NCBI GenBank assembly: GCA_047967505.1
Contig: CM106538.1
DNA: 64,000 bases
Source: Dipteris shenzhenensis
Lineage: Eukaryota
Strand: one strand, 5' to 3'
The position numbers and the translations under genes were made by a program. This document shows positions 62,926-64,000 of this stretch, one piece after another. The notes under the pieces were generated by a model. The model was not told where the DNA came from. It saw nothing but the letters and a program-made list of their open reading frames with translations, and did not search any database. Each line of letters opens with the position of its first letter. The first letter of the stretch is position 1.

Positions 62926-63519
62926 ATATTATTTAATTGTTTAATATTGTTTAAATATTTAATATTATTTGTGGTTACAAATTGATTTTATCTTGTTGTC
63001 ATTTTTTAGGCTAAGTATGAGCATGGAGGGAGATAACTTAGAGAACATTCTCTCACAAGATCCTCCCTAACCAGAGCAACCTCCAGTCCAAGAGGGCCCA
63101 CAAGGTGTTTTTGTGCCTCAAGAGGCTGATTTAGCAGACCAACTAAATCACGCTGATGCTCAGGCTATCTTACAAGTGCAAAGAGAGATGCTGGGCAAAG
63201 AGGGACTAGGTATTTTTGCTGCTGGTCCAGTGGATGACGATACCATGCAAGGCGACAACACATATGCTTTGAAAAACACGTTCAAGCATGCAATATATTA
63301 ATTATCATTCAATCACGCTCTTTTAAAATAATTCACATTCTATTGAAAGAATATTAAATATTCATTCAAAAGAAAGTGTAAGAGTGAGTCAACTCTTCTA
63401 ATAACTTTTAAACTTTCAATTCCTACACTTTAAAACTATGTATTCTTTCACATTCTATTGAAAGAATATTACATATTCATTCAAAGAAAGTGTGAGAATA
63501 CAAACACAATAAAATCATA

Positions 63520-64000
63520 TTTCTCACATGAGGTCTAGGGAGCTCAACGAGAAGATCCTAAAACTCTCACATATAAAAATTCCCACAAAAGATCTAAGGA
63601 ACTCAACAAGGAGATCTTAGAACTTCCACAAACTAATTTAATAATTTCATAGACATGAAAACAAGCCCATTTCTCACAAGAAATCTAAGGAACTCAATAA
63701 GGAGATCCTAAACTCCCACATACAAAAATCTATTCACATGAAATCTAAGAAACTCAACAAGGAGATCCTATAACTCCCACAAAAAAATTTCATAGACACA
63801 AAAACAAGCCCATTTATCATAAGAGATCTAAGGAGCTCACCAAAGAGATCCTAGAACTCCCATGTACAAAATCTATTCACATGAGATCTAAGAAACTCAA
63901 TAAGGAGATCTTAGAACTCCCACAAACAAATTTCATAGACACAAAAACAAGCCCCTTTATCACAAGAGATCTAAGGAACTCACCAAAGAGATCCTAGACC
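63520..64000. repeat. Tandem repeat with ~143-bp higher-order unit (about 60 + 83 bp), running off the window
   Basis: Core ATCTAAGGAACTCAACAAGGAGATC at 63533, 63592, 63683, 63743, 63826, 63886 and 63969. Confidence 0.9.

Noticed and set aside
63016-63301. Exon-like ORF after a TTTTAG acceptor
   Set aside because: It contains a stop, has no recognisable domain, and its link to the kinase gene is unproven.

Overview
This is eukaryotic, repeat-dominated land-plant DNA. I infer a non-seed plant such as a fern from the TE and gene types, but the sequence does not prove that. There is one intact host gene: a six-exon OPT3-type oligopeptide/metal transporter on the minus strand (33264-36793, 746 aa). 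The rest is mostly nested transposons. Ty1/copia family A has two copies: a 3' half at 1-2643 and a full element with TSD at 40191-45817. Copia family B has a young copy with identical LTRs (54290-61546) and an old fragment (about 9680-11670). There is also an internally deleted LTR element, a solo LTR, two decayed Ty3/gypsy elements (one with an inversion in RT), and a full-length L1-type LINE inside an older LINE. Three features stand out. (i) A spliced orphan gene at 3221-6256 has SANTA-like, ParB/Srx-like and beta-class DNA-methyltransferase-like motifs, and is accompanied by an array of TGGCAC-TA-GTGCCA palindromes. (ii) An array of ~44-bp hairpin repeats lies upstream of a kinase-like pseudogene. 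(iii) The leader of the young copia carries a PGSIP7/8 glycosyltransferase fragment and a dense TGACGTGG array. All domain calls were made by eye, without database searches.
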